Assembly: GCA_041736175.1 (NCBI GenBank)
Contig: JBGSUI010000080.1
Location: 1-32,800, forward strand
Source: Oligoflexales bacterium
GTDB taxonomy: Bacteria > Bdellovibrionota_B > Oligoflexia > Oligoflexales > CAIYRB01
Reading direction: 5' to 3'
DNA: 32,800 nucleotides
Position 1 is the stretch's first letter. The number at the start of each line of letters is the position of its first letter. Shown piece after piece: positions 9,936 through 19,319 of the stretch. Made by a program: the position numbers and the translations under genes. Below the pieces are notes generated by a model. The model was not told where the DNA came from. It searched no databases and worked only from the letters and a program-made list of their open reading frames with translations.

Positions 9936-10448
9936 CTCTTTAGGGTAGCTGTATTATCTGCCATTTGTCCAGTATTTGCCGAAGTTCATGGGATCGAACT
10001 GGGGGTAGGACTGGGAGCCCTCGAAGAGGGTGACGACCGGATGAGGGGTGCCCTGGTGGCCCAGGTGGGTTGGCAAAATGAATATGCTTCGCGGCTATTC
10101 TATGCAAGCCGTCACATGGGGCCGGTGTCAGAACGGACCATCATCCTATCGGCCATCAAACACTGGTCCGTTTTTAAAAATAAGTTTTTAAGGGCAGATG
10201 TAGGACCCGTGATCATGAACGAGCGGATCGAAATTGGATTTTCACAGCCCGCTGATCAAGACTACGACCGTTCCGAAAACAACTTTAATATCGGTGGAGT
10301 CGTCGGTCTAAACTTAGGGATTCCCACCGGCAAACTCCTCTTTGAGACTTCGTGGAATTCACATATTTTCCCCGCGGGGATTGCTGGCATTTTTCTGGCT
10401 TCAGGACGTAAACAAACCCTCTCGGTGACCGTAGGAATGCGACTTTGA
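9903..10448 (+). CDS. Putative outer-membrane beta-barrel protein (start uncertain)
   Basis: Signal-peptide-like N-terminus from TTG 9903; alternating strands; C-terminal VTVGMRL; overlaps the next gene by 4 bp. Confidence 0.6.
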   Translation: MGRLCFVVWVHLFRVAVLSAICPVFAEVHGIELGVGLGALEEGDDRMRGALVAQVGWQNEYASRLFYASRHMGPVSERTIILSAIKHWSVFKNKFLRADVGPVIMNERIEIGFSQPADQDYDRSENNFNIGGVVGLNLGIPTGKLLFETSWNSHIFPAGIAGIFLASGRKQTLSVTVGMRL

Positions 10449-10909
10449 GGATCATCAACACGATGGTGCAGATAAGACTTTGGACCTCCATCATGACGAT
10501 CGCTGCCTTAGGGGCAGGGACTGTTTACGGCAAGAGCCTTACGGTCCATGTGGGGCCGCCATCGGTGGGAGCAGGTGGATCCAACCCACTTTCCCTGCCC
10601 CCTCTTAATCCGGTTGAATACGAAGTGGTTTACCTCACGGATGCTGGGCGCGAATGGTCCATTGGACTAGTGCCAGGAATCCTCTACGGTGGGCGTTTCC
10701 AGCAAGGAATTTTCTATGTGGGCGTCGGCGGTGGACTTGTGATCAGTGCAAATGGCGGAGGACCTGGAATCTACTCTAGCTTTGGGTTAGATGCGGGAGA
10801 CAGAATCAAGTTTAATATCGAAATCAAACAGGCCTTAGGGATCGACCTAGGGTCAACGGGGATTGTAAGCCCCTATGCCCTAAGAATCGGTGCCACCTTT
10901 CCCTTGTGA
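10445..10909 (+). CDS. Small putative beta-barrel/secreted protein
   Basis: Signal peptide; Gly/aromatic strands; C-terminal IGATFPL. Confidence 0.65.
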   Translation: MRIINTMVQIRLWTSIMTIAALGAGTVYGKSLTVHVGPPSVGAGGSNPLSLPPLNPVEYEVVYLTDAGREWSIGLVPGILYGGRFQQGIFYVGVGGGLVISANGGGPGIYSSFGLDAGDRIKFNIEIKQALGIDLGSTGIVSPYALRIGATFPL

Positions 10910-10961
10910 CAGGCCACAATCCCAAACCTGTTGCGAATAGATTGACATATAGGAGATTAAG

Positions 10962-11759
10962 ATGCTTAAAAAAATCAAATTTTTTACTGTATATTACTTC
11001 GGTATCGTTTTCTTGAGCCTCTTTCCTACCCGCCAAGGCCAAGCATATGTGCTGCTTTCTTCGAAAAAAGCGACTCTCCCTGTAAACCCGACCAACGCCA
11101 CTATCACCTTCGACTGGGATGGAAAATCCCCGACCATCAAAGACAAGGAAAAATTTTCGGACGGGATCTATGCCAATCTCGATGATACAGCATTTATGGA
11201 GCAGCTGCTGACCATTGCTCTCAACACCTGGAGTGCCGTGCCGGCCGCCTATATCAAGCTGGCTTTTCGTCGTAGTGAGCAACCGATCGACCTTGATCAA
11301 GAGGACCGAAAATTTGCAATAGTCACTGATAAATCTGACAACCTCAGCACGGCAGCATTTGCCAAACCCTTTGTGGATCCCGACGACCCCTCAAATATTG
11401 TCGACTGTGATATCAGCATCGCAGACACGGAGACCACCGCCCAAAGCCTCGCCTACACGATAATCCATGAAGTTGGCCACTGCCTTGGCTTGGGCCATTC
11501 CCACACCAATTACAATGCCATTATGGGTTATTCCCGCACACAAACCGGTTATTTAAAGTTAGGTGCCGATGATATGGCTGGACTGATCTTTCTCTATCCG
11601 GACCCATCCTACGTCACCGGCGAGCCTAAAGATATCGTGTGTGGGACCATCGCCCATCGCCCTCACACCCCTTGGCAGAGCCTTTTCCTGCTGATACTAG
11701 GGGTAGGACCTCTTACCGCAGCGGTGGTTTTGGGCAGGCGCGGCACAAGGAGGACCTAA
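10962..11759 (+). CDS. Matrixin (M10) zinc metalloprotease with C-terminal membrane anchor
   Basis: HEVGHCLGLGH, Met-turn AIM, signal peptide, C-terminal CGTI + hydrophobic helix + Arg-rich tail. Confidence 0.9.
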   Translation: MLKKIKFFTVYYFGIVFLSLFPTRQGQAYVLLSSKKATLPVNPTNATITFDWDGKSPTIKDKEKFSDGIYANLDDTAFMEQLLTIALNTWSAVPAAYIKLAFRRSEQPIDLDQEDRKFAIVTDKSDNLSTAAFAKPFVDPDDPSNIVDCDISIADTETTAQSLAYTIIHEVGHCLGLGHSHTNYNAIMGYSRTQTGYLKLGADDMAGLIFLYPDPSYVTGEPKDIVCGTIAHRPHTPWQSLFLLILGVGPLTAAVVLGRRGTRRT

Positions 11760-12144
11760 GCCAACCCGCCGCTCTCCCTAGATAAGCCGCTGCCTCAGAC
11801 TCAAAGCCTAATTGGCGCGCAAGCCACCCAAGCTCCCTTAGGCTTGGATGAATCTTGAGGAGATCTCCCCATGCCTCGGCCCCAGTCCTAACTTGGATGC
11901 CCTTGATCAACACCAACTGCTCGGGGTGACTTCCCTGGCAAAGGGGAGAAAAGCCCATAGGGGATTGAGGGTCTGCACAGTAGGATTGCCAGGACCTAAA
12001 GATCAAAACTTCGCCTGTACGGTCTCTGGACCAATGGGCCAAGCTAACACAGAGGGGGCACTCTGCATCAAAGAGCACAAGAGCGCGGACTGACGAGGGT
12101 AAGGGGGGTAATGGCAGAACAGGGTCCATGGCATTGAACTCCAA
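11713..12144 (-). CDS. DCC1-like thiol-disulfide oxidoreductase (DUF393)
   Basis: VLFDAECPLC motif and TGAEAW. Confidence 0.75.
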   Translation of the reverse strand: MEFNAMDPVLPLPPLPSSVRALVLFDAECPLCVSLAHWSRDRTGEVLIFRSWQSYCADPQSPMGFSPLCQGSHPEQLVLIKGIQVRTGAEAWGDLLKIHPSLRELGWLARQLGFESEAAAYLGRAAGWLRSSLCRACPKPPLR

Positions 12145-12242
12145 AAGGGCTTAGGTAGGTATTATAGGATGACCGCCCAAAAAAGTCCCTGGAGTACCGC
12201 TTGATTTTTTTGATGAGATAGGTTTAACTTCTTCCGTTCCTA

Positions 12243-12332
12243 GCCCGCGTGGTGAAATCGGTAGACACACAGGATTTAAAATCCTGTGCTTCCGTAAGGG
12301 GCGTGCCGGTTCGATTCCGGCCGCGGGCACCA
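12243..12332 (+). tRNA. tRNA-Leu (anticodon TAA)
   Basis: Acceptor stem GCCCGCG/CGCGGGC with ACCA end; anticodon arm CAGGA-TTTAAAA-TCCTG; long variable arm; GGTTCGATTCC T-arm. Confidence 0.97.
12317..12332 (+). repeat. attL core (3' end of the tRNA)
   Basis: ccggccgcgggcacca, 15/16 identical to 30806-30821. Confidence 0.88.
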
Positions 12333-12333
12333 G

Positions 12334-12420
12334 TTTCTAACCTGGAGAAGTGATTTTTCTCAGTGATTATAAATAGTTATTTATCAAGAGAAAAGTCTGC
12401 AGGTTAGAAAGTTAAACCTG
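12334..12420. promoter_or_regulatory. Repeated CAGGTT(AG) motifs, putative integrase binding sites
   Basis: tttctaacctg 12334-12344 is the reverse complement of caggttagaaa 12400-12410; aacctg at 12415-12420; ccaggttag at 30794-30802. Confidence 0.6.
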
Positions 12421-12466
12421 ATCTCCGTCGATTCCGATATACATGGAGCCCTTGGAGGGGTATCTT

Positions 12467-13729
12467 ATGTATATACAGAAAAGGATTGGGAGAAACAGGA
12501 AAATTTATTTTTCTTTCAGCTACGACGACGAAGCTGGAAAGCGTATCAGGCTTAAAAAAGATCAGCATCCTTATTTCACTGATTTAAAAGATGCAGAGGC
12601 ATGGGCCAACTCCCAGGAAGGGATAAGGGCTTCCAAAAAAGCCGCGGCCGCGAAGAAACTGGAATGGAAGAAGGCTCACTACAATTTTGAGGATCTTCTT
12701 AAAAAGTACGAGCCTTGGCAACAAGAAAAGGCCCCCAATTCATACAAGGAAAATCTTTCCTATTTACGGCTCTACGTCTTCCCCTTCTTTCTCACGGAAA
12801 AACACTCTTCGAACATTAACGATTGGGGGTTGCATTACCAGGAGTTTCTGACCTTCCTCAAAACCACCACCACTCACGGCAAAAAGAAAAAGCATTTGGC
12901 TTACGCCACCCAAAACAACATCATCCGCTCCCTCAACACATTTTTGGCATGCTTAAAACAACACAGCCTTGTGGATCCCACCTTGGTCGTTAAGTGCCCC
13001 AGATATCCCAATGACAAGCTCAACAGCAGGGATTTCTCATTCGTGATAAACAAAAATGAAAGAGACACCGTTTTCAATTCCCTCAAATTTGTTGACATCG
13101 AGATAGCCGAGTTTTTTTGGCTCTTATGGCACACAGGTTTGCGATTTAACGAAGGCAGAGCGATCAACCTTGAATCCCTCCATATAGGGATGGTAAAGGA
13201 GGGTCCTCTATCAGAAGAGATGGAAAACGTCAATTTTGGGGAGTATTTTGGGTATCTTTATATAGACAGGCAGCTTCCAAAAGCGGACATAAGAAACGAG
13301 GACAACGCCGTTGAATTCAAGCCACTTAAAGGAAAAAAGAAGATAGACCCAAAGTATGCCAAGGTTGTTCCAATCAAGGACAAACAGTTATGGAACATTT
13401 TGGCCCGCAGGTACAATGCCGGCAAGGCATCAATGACCAGAGGGGTATTTGGCAAGCTAAAATCATCCTATCTTTTATTTGACGTCCCAAGCCTTGCCTC
13501 CATCACTTTAAAGGATGTTTATAAAAAACTTGGATTAGTTTACAAAGGATTTCACTCCTGCAGACACTCCTTCGCCACCTATATCGTAGGCGAATATAGA
13601 AGCAATTTCTTGGCCCGCACCATCACCGGCCATAAAAGCAGCGCTGTTTTCGATAAGTATTTGCATATTTACGAAGAGATCGCTCGAATGGCTAAAGCCG
13701 AGGACCAAGAGATCGAGGAGATAGCTTAG
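12467..13729 (+). CDS. int: Tyrosine recombinase/integrase
   Basis: HTGLRFNE, FHSCRHSFAT, TGH...DKYLH catalytic motifs; GGAGG SD before ATG 12467. Confidence 0.95.
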   Translation: MYIQKRIGRNRKIYFSFSYDDEAGKRIRLKKDQHPYFTDLKDAEAWANSQEGIRASKKAAAAKKLEWKKAHYNFEDLLKKYEPWQQEKAPNSYKENLSYLRLYVFPFFLTEKHSSNINDWGLHYQEFLTFLKTTTTHGKKKKHLAYATQNNIIRSLNTFLACLKQHSLVDPTLVVKCPRYPNDKLNSRDFSFVINKNERDTVFNSLKFVDIEIAEFFWLLWHTGLRFNEGRAINLESLHIGMVKEGPLSEEMENVNFGEYFGYLYIDRQLPKADIRNEDNAVEFKPLKGKKKIDPKYAKVVPIKDKQLWNILARRYNAGKASMTRGVFGKLKSSYLLFDVPSLASITLKDVYKKLGLVYKGFHSCRHSFATYIVGEYRSNFLARTITGHKSSAVFDKYLHIYEEIARMAKAEDQEIEEIA

Positions 13730-13861
13730 GTTAACTGAAGGGCGGGTCTTTACACCCACCCTAGTTCCGACTACCGTCCAAGTTGTGGGACTTCTTTGAA
13801 GTTTACTAGAAGTTGACCCATCTGATCGACAGGTATCTGCCCCCCATAAGTGGACTGCCGA

Positions 13862-14860
13862 TCACTTTGGACAAGACGCCTTCCCTATGTGCTTGTCTAT
13901 AACGTTACCAAACAGCGAGGGATCGACTAATGAGTTTACGCCCACGTTGATGCATTCCCACGATAGTGAAATCGACGTGTATGATTTGTCATCGTGAGTC
14001 TCATTGATCAATGTATATGAGCAGGTTCCTCCGCAACCGTAGAGGGTGTCTAAATTGTTGGATACCCTGGCGGATTGCAGATCGTTAACCAGGAGACTTC
14101 GATAACCTGGCGCACCGCATGAACCTGCAGTTTCCACGGAGGTGAATTTACCGTTTGACCATGAAGTCACACCAGGAACATAATAATCCATTTTGACAAT
14201 TCTTCCCTCACCAAGCATCTCCGACTTGTAAAACTGATTAACCTCTCCTTTGACAAGATCACACTCGGTGAGAAGAAGCGTTAGATTGTCGTTTTCGTTT
14301 GCGTCTTCGATGGAGCTATCGGCCGAGGGGTTTAAATTAATCCTATTTTTGCCATCCACCAATTTACCTAGGACGTCATGATCGAGCTTTTTGGGACCGA
14401 CGTCCTTTTCAAACAAGGATGTAAATACGATACCTTTCGAAGACGTTCGAGTTAGTGTAAGCACATCGTCCTTGATCGAGGCTTTTTCGAACAAATCCAA
14501 CTCAGTTGAAGAACCTGCCGTGCAGAAAACACGGCCTTTGCGTTCGACTTTTTCACCGGAAAATGATGACTCCTTGGAGATCAATACCCCCTTTGACGTC
14601 GTCCAACAAGGGCCAAAATCAAGCTTCGGAATCGCTAAATATGCCAGGTGGTAAACGAAAGTATCGTCGGTTTTGAACTCAACGAAGGCGTCGCCTTTGA
14701 TTGGTATCCTCACCCCATTCACGGCCAAGGTTTTCAGCCTCCAGACGACGTCCTTAAACTTTTCTGATATCGCCGACTCCATCGGCGTGTTCCCTCCACC
14801 CCCGCCATCCCCGCATCCGTTAGCCCAAAAAATTAACGCCAAAATCATCGATATTCTCAT
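13862..14860 (-). CDS. Cys-containing lipoprotein, possible lipocalin-like N-terminal domain
   Basis: Lipobox ANGC followed by a Gly run; VWRLKT pattern. Confidence 0.7.
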   Translation of the reverse strand: MRISMILALIFWANGCGDGGGGGNTPMESAISEKFKDVVWRLKTLAVNGVRIPIKGDAFVEFKTDDTFVYHLAYLAIPKLDFGPCWTTSKGVLISKESSFSGEKVERKGRVFCTAGSSTELDLFEKASIKDDVLTLTRTSSKGIVFTSLFEKDVGPKKLDHDVLGKLVDGKNRINLNPSADSSIEDANENDNLTLLLTECDLVKGEVNQFYKSEMLGEGRIVKMDYYVPGVTSWSNGKFTSVETAGSCGAPGYRSLLVNDLQSARVSNNLDTLYGCGGTCSYTLINETHDDKSYTSISLSWECINVGVNSLVDPSLFGNVIDKHIGKASCPK

Positions 14861-14918
14861 TTAGACCCCACTACATAAAATCCGTTAAATCGAGGTCAGT
14901 GGCGACTAGCGGGACCTA

Positions 14919-15956
14919 TCAATTGACGGGCAACACCCATCGAAGAAATGGGTTGGACTTGATTTTTAATCGCCCACTGCCCATGGAATCCGTTCCGCCG
15001 ACGAGCTTGGTCTCGCCCACGAAAGTCCCCGATCGATCGACCGATCCGTTGGAAAGACTCCATACCGGACTCGTGTCCTTGCCCACATAATTGACCTCGC
15101 CCGTCCAGTTGTTTAAGGTGAGCAGGTATTTTCCCGAAGAATAATATTTCGAGGTCACGTCAGCCCGCGTCGATTTCAAATTTTTTGATACGAATTTTTC
15201 GTAGGTGATAGTCTTATCTTTCAGGATAACGGTCCCTCCCGCGTCGGTCACCGAGACTGCTGTTGTCTTCGACAAATCAATGCAGCCGTCGTCAGTGCCC
15301 ACGTCATTCTCATAAACACCCTTGCATGGTCCTCCGTCCTCGGAGGAAGTTGTCCAAGATGTGGTCAAATGATACGACGCCTTATCCGCGGTGTTCGTGA
15401 ATTTTACCTCAGTCTTCAGTTTGGATATCCAATAAGCATTTTCGCTTGCCGGACAGAGAGTGTTAGTCTCCGCTACGAGCACTTGAAATATTTTGCCGTT
15501 GGCCGCGGTCAGATCGCCTTTGTCGCAGCTAAACGTCGTGGAATATTCGTATTTTAAAAGTGAATAGGTCGTCGAAGCATCGCTGCATGACTGGGGGTTC
15601 AGGGATCCCGACTTGACAAATTTCACGTAGTTTTTTCCGGCCTCTCCTACAATTTTGTTTAACTCAGTCGTTAGACAATAATCCTCCTTATCGGGTCCAG
15701 TGCTGGGGGCGTTATTGTAAATTGTAGTCAGTCCATTCACCTCAGCGACGAGGCCATCGACCGCTATGGGGGACACGTCGGTCGAACCGGACAGTTCTTC
15801 CTTTTGGATTTTGGAGTCCTTGAAAATCGCATCGACCTCATCTTTTTGGATCGTCTCATCGTCGTCCTTTTTACCGCACGAAACCGACACCGTCGCCAAA
15901 CCCAACATGGCCAGATATAGGCCGTTTAAAAAAAGCATCTCGTCCTCCTTTGACAA
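14919..15956 (-). CDS. Lipoprotein, Ser/Thr-rich beta protein (start possibly 15938)
   Basis: Lipobox SVSC-GKKDDDE; 345-aa ORF. Confidence 0.75.
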   Translation of the reverse strand: MSKEDEMLFLNGLYLAMLGLATVSVSCGKKDDDETIQKDEVDAIFKDSKIQKEELSGSTDVSPIAVDGLVAEVNGLTTIYNNAPSTGPDKEDYCLTTELNKIVGEAGKNYVKFVKSGSLNPQSCSDASTTYSLLKYEYSTTFSCDKGDLTAANGKIFQVLVAETNTLCPASENAYWISKLKTEVKFTNTADKASYHLTTSWTTSSEDGGPCKGVYENDVGTDDGCIDLSKTTAVSVTDAGGTVILKDKTITYEKFVSKNLKSTRADVTSKYYSSGKYLLTLNNWTGEVNYVGKDTSPVWSLSNGSVDRSGTFVGETKLVGGTDSMGSGRLKIKSNPFLRWVLPVN

Positions 15957-16166
15957 ATTTTAACTAAACTCAAAGCCGCCCCCGACGACCTTCGAAAGTC
16001 GGTCTTCGTGCTTAGGGAACAAGTTCGGAAAAAAAAAAGACCTCTTTAGTGACTTTTTGGTATCCACCTGATTTTTTATCCAAAATCAAACTCCCACACC
16101 CTGAGCTTCGTCCCGACCGAACAGGACCCGTGGGGGCCGCCGAGAAATCGCCGCTCTTGGGAGTAA

Positions 16167-16517
16167 GTCAACCCTGGCAAGCCATACGGTCGGACATCTT
16201 ATCGAGACCTCGTGACCTCGACCGCCCAAGTCGAAGGGGTGTCAAAGGCCTCCGATGTAACCGACGTCGAGAGGACCATGGGCATTTTGGCCACGGACGG
16301 CCCCGGCGAGATCAATGATATGAAGGCCTTTACCGAGAGTAAGTCGGAGGGCGATTTCTGGGACCAGACCACCGACGACGACGAGTTCGAGATGTACCGG
16401 AAGAGGGGGTTCTCGGCCTCCGACTTCAAGGAATATGACATCGTCAACCCGGTGCAGGCCAGGGCTGCCATGCTTTACTTGGTCAGGGCCAGCCCGTCGC
16501 TCATCTCCGTAGCCTAG
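16167..16517 (+). pseudogene. Probable 3' remnant or small acidic protein of unknown family
   Basis: Frame is open from 16167 with protein-like composition but has no convincing SD/start. Confidence 0.35.
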
Positions 16518-16611
16518 GGGGCCATCGAGGGGGCGAGCGAAAGGGCCGCGGCGGCGACCAGGGCCGAACAATTGGCGACTGCCCAGGCAGCCGCGTTGGG
16601 AGGACGATTAT

Positions 16612-17163
16612 TCAACTTAGGTCGTCTTCACTGCAGTGGCAGGACCCAACCCAAATTCCGTTGGCTACCCAGGGGAATACCTTCTGGTCGGGGAGCTTTC
16701 GGCATGTCTCCGTGAAGTTGGGGTAGAACTTGGGGTTCTTACAGAGGGGGTGGCTGGTCTCCCCGCCTAGGCCTTTGCATGTGGCCGTGGCCTTGCCCGT
16801 GTAGGACTCGTCAATTGACTCCTCGCTCCCAAGACTCACTGGCAGCTTGAATGTGAACTCGAACCCGAAGGCCTGTTTTGGCACTGAGACCACCTTGGCT
16901 GTCGCCAGGCGGTCCACTGGACCGTCCGCACCGGCCAGGGTCACCTGTGCTTTGACCACGCAGTCCAGGCTGTTAGTGTAGGTGTTGGGGATGCTGAAGA
17001 ACAGTTGGTTGGCACCGCTCCCGTCCTTGCCAACGTAGACGTCCGCCTTGAGGACCACGGAGGTCCATTGGCTGAGGTCGTTTTCTGCCTTGGCCGCGTT
17101 GGTCATCAACCCAGCTAGCATGGCCAGACCAAAAAACTTCGATTTCATTTGCTTTAAGAACAT
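16612..17163 (-). CDS. Secreted beta-sandwich-like protein with a C-terminal Cys-rich CxC module
   Basis: GGAG SD and ATG 17163 overlapping the MACPF gene end; signal peptide ending AKA; ends NGIWVGSCHC. Confidence 0.8.
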   Translation of the reverse strand: MFLKQMKSKFFGLAMLAGLMTNAAKAENDLSQWTSVVLKADVYVGKDGSGANQLFFSIPNTYTNSLDCVVKAQVTLAGADGPVDRLATAKVVSVPKQAFGFEFTFKLPVSLGSEESIDESYTGKATATCKGLGGETSHPLCKNPKFYPNFTETCRKLPDQKVFPWVANGIWVGSCHCSEDDLS

Positions 17164-18452
17164 ACTTTCTCCCTTGTTGTTTTGTAGGCTAGGCACCCGC
17201 CGGCTCCATCTTCCATGGCGCATGTGACTTTGGCTTCCAGGCGGCAACAGTTGTTATCGTCAACGAACCAGCTATATCCCGCGGGACAGATGCTGGCATT
17301 AGTGGTGCCGGATCTTTCCCATCTTCTTGCCGGAAGGTTGACCTGCGGGAACGCGGACTCCGGCAGCTTGCAATTACCCCAGATGTCCTGGAAGCAGGCC
17401 ACCGCGGCGTCGTTCTGGAGGTTTAGGTAGGACGTCATGGCCACCTCACCAGCCCCTAGGTCCGCGGCCGAGTATGGCTGGAAGTTGCTTGAGTTCTTGC
17501 GGACGTACCTGATTGTGGCGAGGGCCTCCCTGGCGTCGTCCCGGTTCTTGGCCAGGTCGCTGATAACGAATTGCTGCCGCTCCAACAATGCTGGGTTTAG
17601 GCTAAGGTCGATCGGCTCCACTCCGGAGTAGTCCTTGGTGATTAGTTCCAATGTCACCGGGCTACCCGAGGCGGAGGAGGCGAGGTCCGTGAATTTTCTG
17701 CCATAGTCTTGCAGGTCGGACACCTCTGGAAGTGCTCCGTTACCGCCAAGGCGAAGCATTTTCACCTGGACTTTGGCCGACATGGAGAATTTGGCCATCT
17801 CGCTGCTCACTTCCGAGGAGGCCTTCCACCCGGCACCGCTGGCCTTGATGGCCGCACTGAATTTTTTCTCCTCCTCTGAGGAAGAAAACTCGTACTCGAA
17901 CAGGGCGTAGAACTCGCCACCCGTTCTTCTACCGTGAACGAATTCATTACCACACTGGTCAAAGAACGCCTTTTGATTGCCCTGTTTTAGAAGTGAGGCC
18001 GCGTTGTTTTTGAATGTGAAGGACGACGCCAAGGCCATTTGGTTGGACACCCTGGCGTGAACCAGTACGTAGCGGGATGCCGAGTTTTTGTTCACGCTGG
18101 ATACGAAGCTGAATCTTCCGCTTCCGCCGCCGAAAAGACCGCCTTTGATGCTGGCCGAGGCACTGACATTGAGGTTCTCCCTAAGGGATTTTTCCGAAGT
18201 AATTTCCAGTAGGCGATATTCCGCGTTGGAGCCCGTGATTTGACCGCTCTGGGTCTGGAGGAGCCCAAGCTCAACGCAGTGACCTTTGACGGTATTGTTT
18301 ACCGAGTTATAACCCTGGCCCAAAAGGAGGGCCACATTGGGGTCTTCTCCAGGTGTGTTTTGGACCGAAGAACTTCCGCTGGGCTTGACCGGTCCGCAGG
18401 ACAACATCAGTCCCATGGCTAGGAAAAACGGTTTGGTGTTTGGGAACTTCAT
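17154..18452 (-). CDS. MACPF/CDC-like pore-forming-fold lipoprotein
   Basis: Lipobox MLSC; LGQGYN; FFDQCGNEFVHGRRTGG matches the MACPF YGTH-x6-GG signature; two Ser/Ala/Gly-rich TMH-like segments (SASASIKGG, SAAIKASG); coiled coil and Cys-rich tail. Confidence 0.75.
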   Translation of the reverse strand: MKFPNTKPFFLAMGLMLSCGPVKPSGSSSVQNTPGEDPNVALLLGQGYNSVNNTVKGHCVELGLLQTQSGQITGSNAEYRLLEITSEKSLRENLNVSASASIKGGLFGGGSGRFSFVSSVNKNSASRYVLVHARVSNQMALASSFTFKNNAASLLKQGNQKAFFDQCGNEFVHGRRTGGEFYALFEYEFSSSEEEKKFSAAIKASGAGWKASSEVSSEMAKFSMSAKVQVKMLRLGGNGALPEVSDLQDYGRKFTDLASSASGSPVTLELITKDYSGVEPIDLSLNPALLERQQFVISDLAKNRDDAREALATIRYVRKNSSNFQPYSAADLGAGEVAMTSYLNLQNDAAVACFQDIWGNCKLPESAFPQVNLPARRWERSGTTNASICPAGYSWFVDDNNCCRLEAKVTCAMEDGAGGCLAYKTTREKVCS

Positions 18453-19297
18453 TAGTTTGCCTTCTCTTTATCTGTTTGGTTTCTAGCCAAGAATTTGATG
18501 ATGTCGTTTCTCCAAATTATTCTTGAAGCCGTGTTGTTAAGCTGTTCCTGCCAGCCGGAGTCCCCGGTGAGTACCCCGTTGGCCACGACGATGTGATTGG
18601 CGGCGTTGTCGCTGGCAACGTTGAAGTTCATCATTCGGCCCTCGTACTTGGTCCGCGACACTTCCATAACGGCGTCCGGCTCCATATTGTCGCCTAGGAA
18701 CAAGTCGCCCACCACGACGTGCTCGGCGGGCTTAAGGGCCACTAGCTTGCCGGACAGATCACCAATCACCATCGGGTGTGCCTTTGAGACGGTGATGGAT
18801 TTTCCCGACTGCATTTTGAAAACCCAAGATTTTTCGGTCTCTGGTCCGTAGGTCAGCGAGTTGATGCCACGGTCTGTGAACCCGCCTTCCAGGCCATCAA
18901 GGGTCGAAAGTTGCACTTCGCTGATCCGATCCTTTTGGCCCAAAAGTCTAGTCCCCGACGTCATTCCTCCCGAACTGGCGAACTCAGTGGCCTCCGCAAA
19001 GCACCCGCACCGACATTTCTGCATAGGTCTAGCATTGGAATCCAGTAGGGCGTACCAGTGACCGGTCGGGGTAAAACCAACGCATCCACCCACATTTGAA
19101 CACCCGTCTGTGCCTGGTGCACAATACATCCGAAAGAATTCAGCGGTGACGCACCTAGTGCCTTCGTGTTCCGGCAGCTTGCACAAAGATTCATCCCAAT
19201 CACCGGGCGTACAAGTGACACCCAGGGCAAATCCAGCGGTCAACCATAATCCTGCGGCGACGAACGCCAACCTCAACACATTAAGCATTTTCTTCAT
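18452..19297 (-). CDS. Secreted Cys-rich peptide fused to a Hint autoprocessing domain
   Basis: Signal peptide; G98|C99-FAEAT block A; VSKAHP block B; AEHVVVGDLF; HIVVANGVLTGD end lacks His-Asn. Confidence 0.88.
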   Translation of the reverse strand: MKKMLNVLRLAFVAAGLWLTAGFALGVTCTPGDWDESLCKLPEHEGTRCVTAEFFRMYCAPGTDGCSNVGGCVGFTPTGHWYALLDSNARPMQKCRCGCFAEATEFASSGGMTSGTRLLGQKDRISEVQLSTLDGLEGGFTDRGINSLTYGPETEKSWVFKMQSGKSITVSKAHPMVIGDLSGKLVALKPAEHVVVGDLFLGDNMEPDAVMEVSRTKYEGRMMNFNVASDNAANHIVVANGVLTGDSGWQEQLNNTASRIIWRNDIIKFLARNQTDKEKAN

Positions 19298-19319
19298 TCT
19301 ATCTCCTTAAATGTTTTCA

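Noticed and set aside
18452..19003. Canonical intein
   Set aside because: No terminal His-Asn plus nucleophile, no endonuclease and no interrupted host gene
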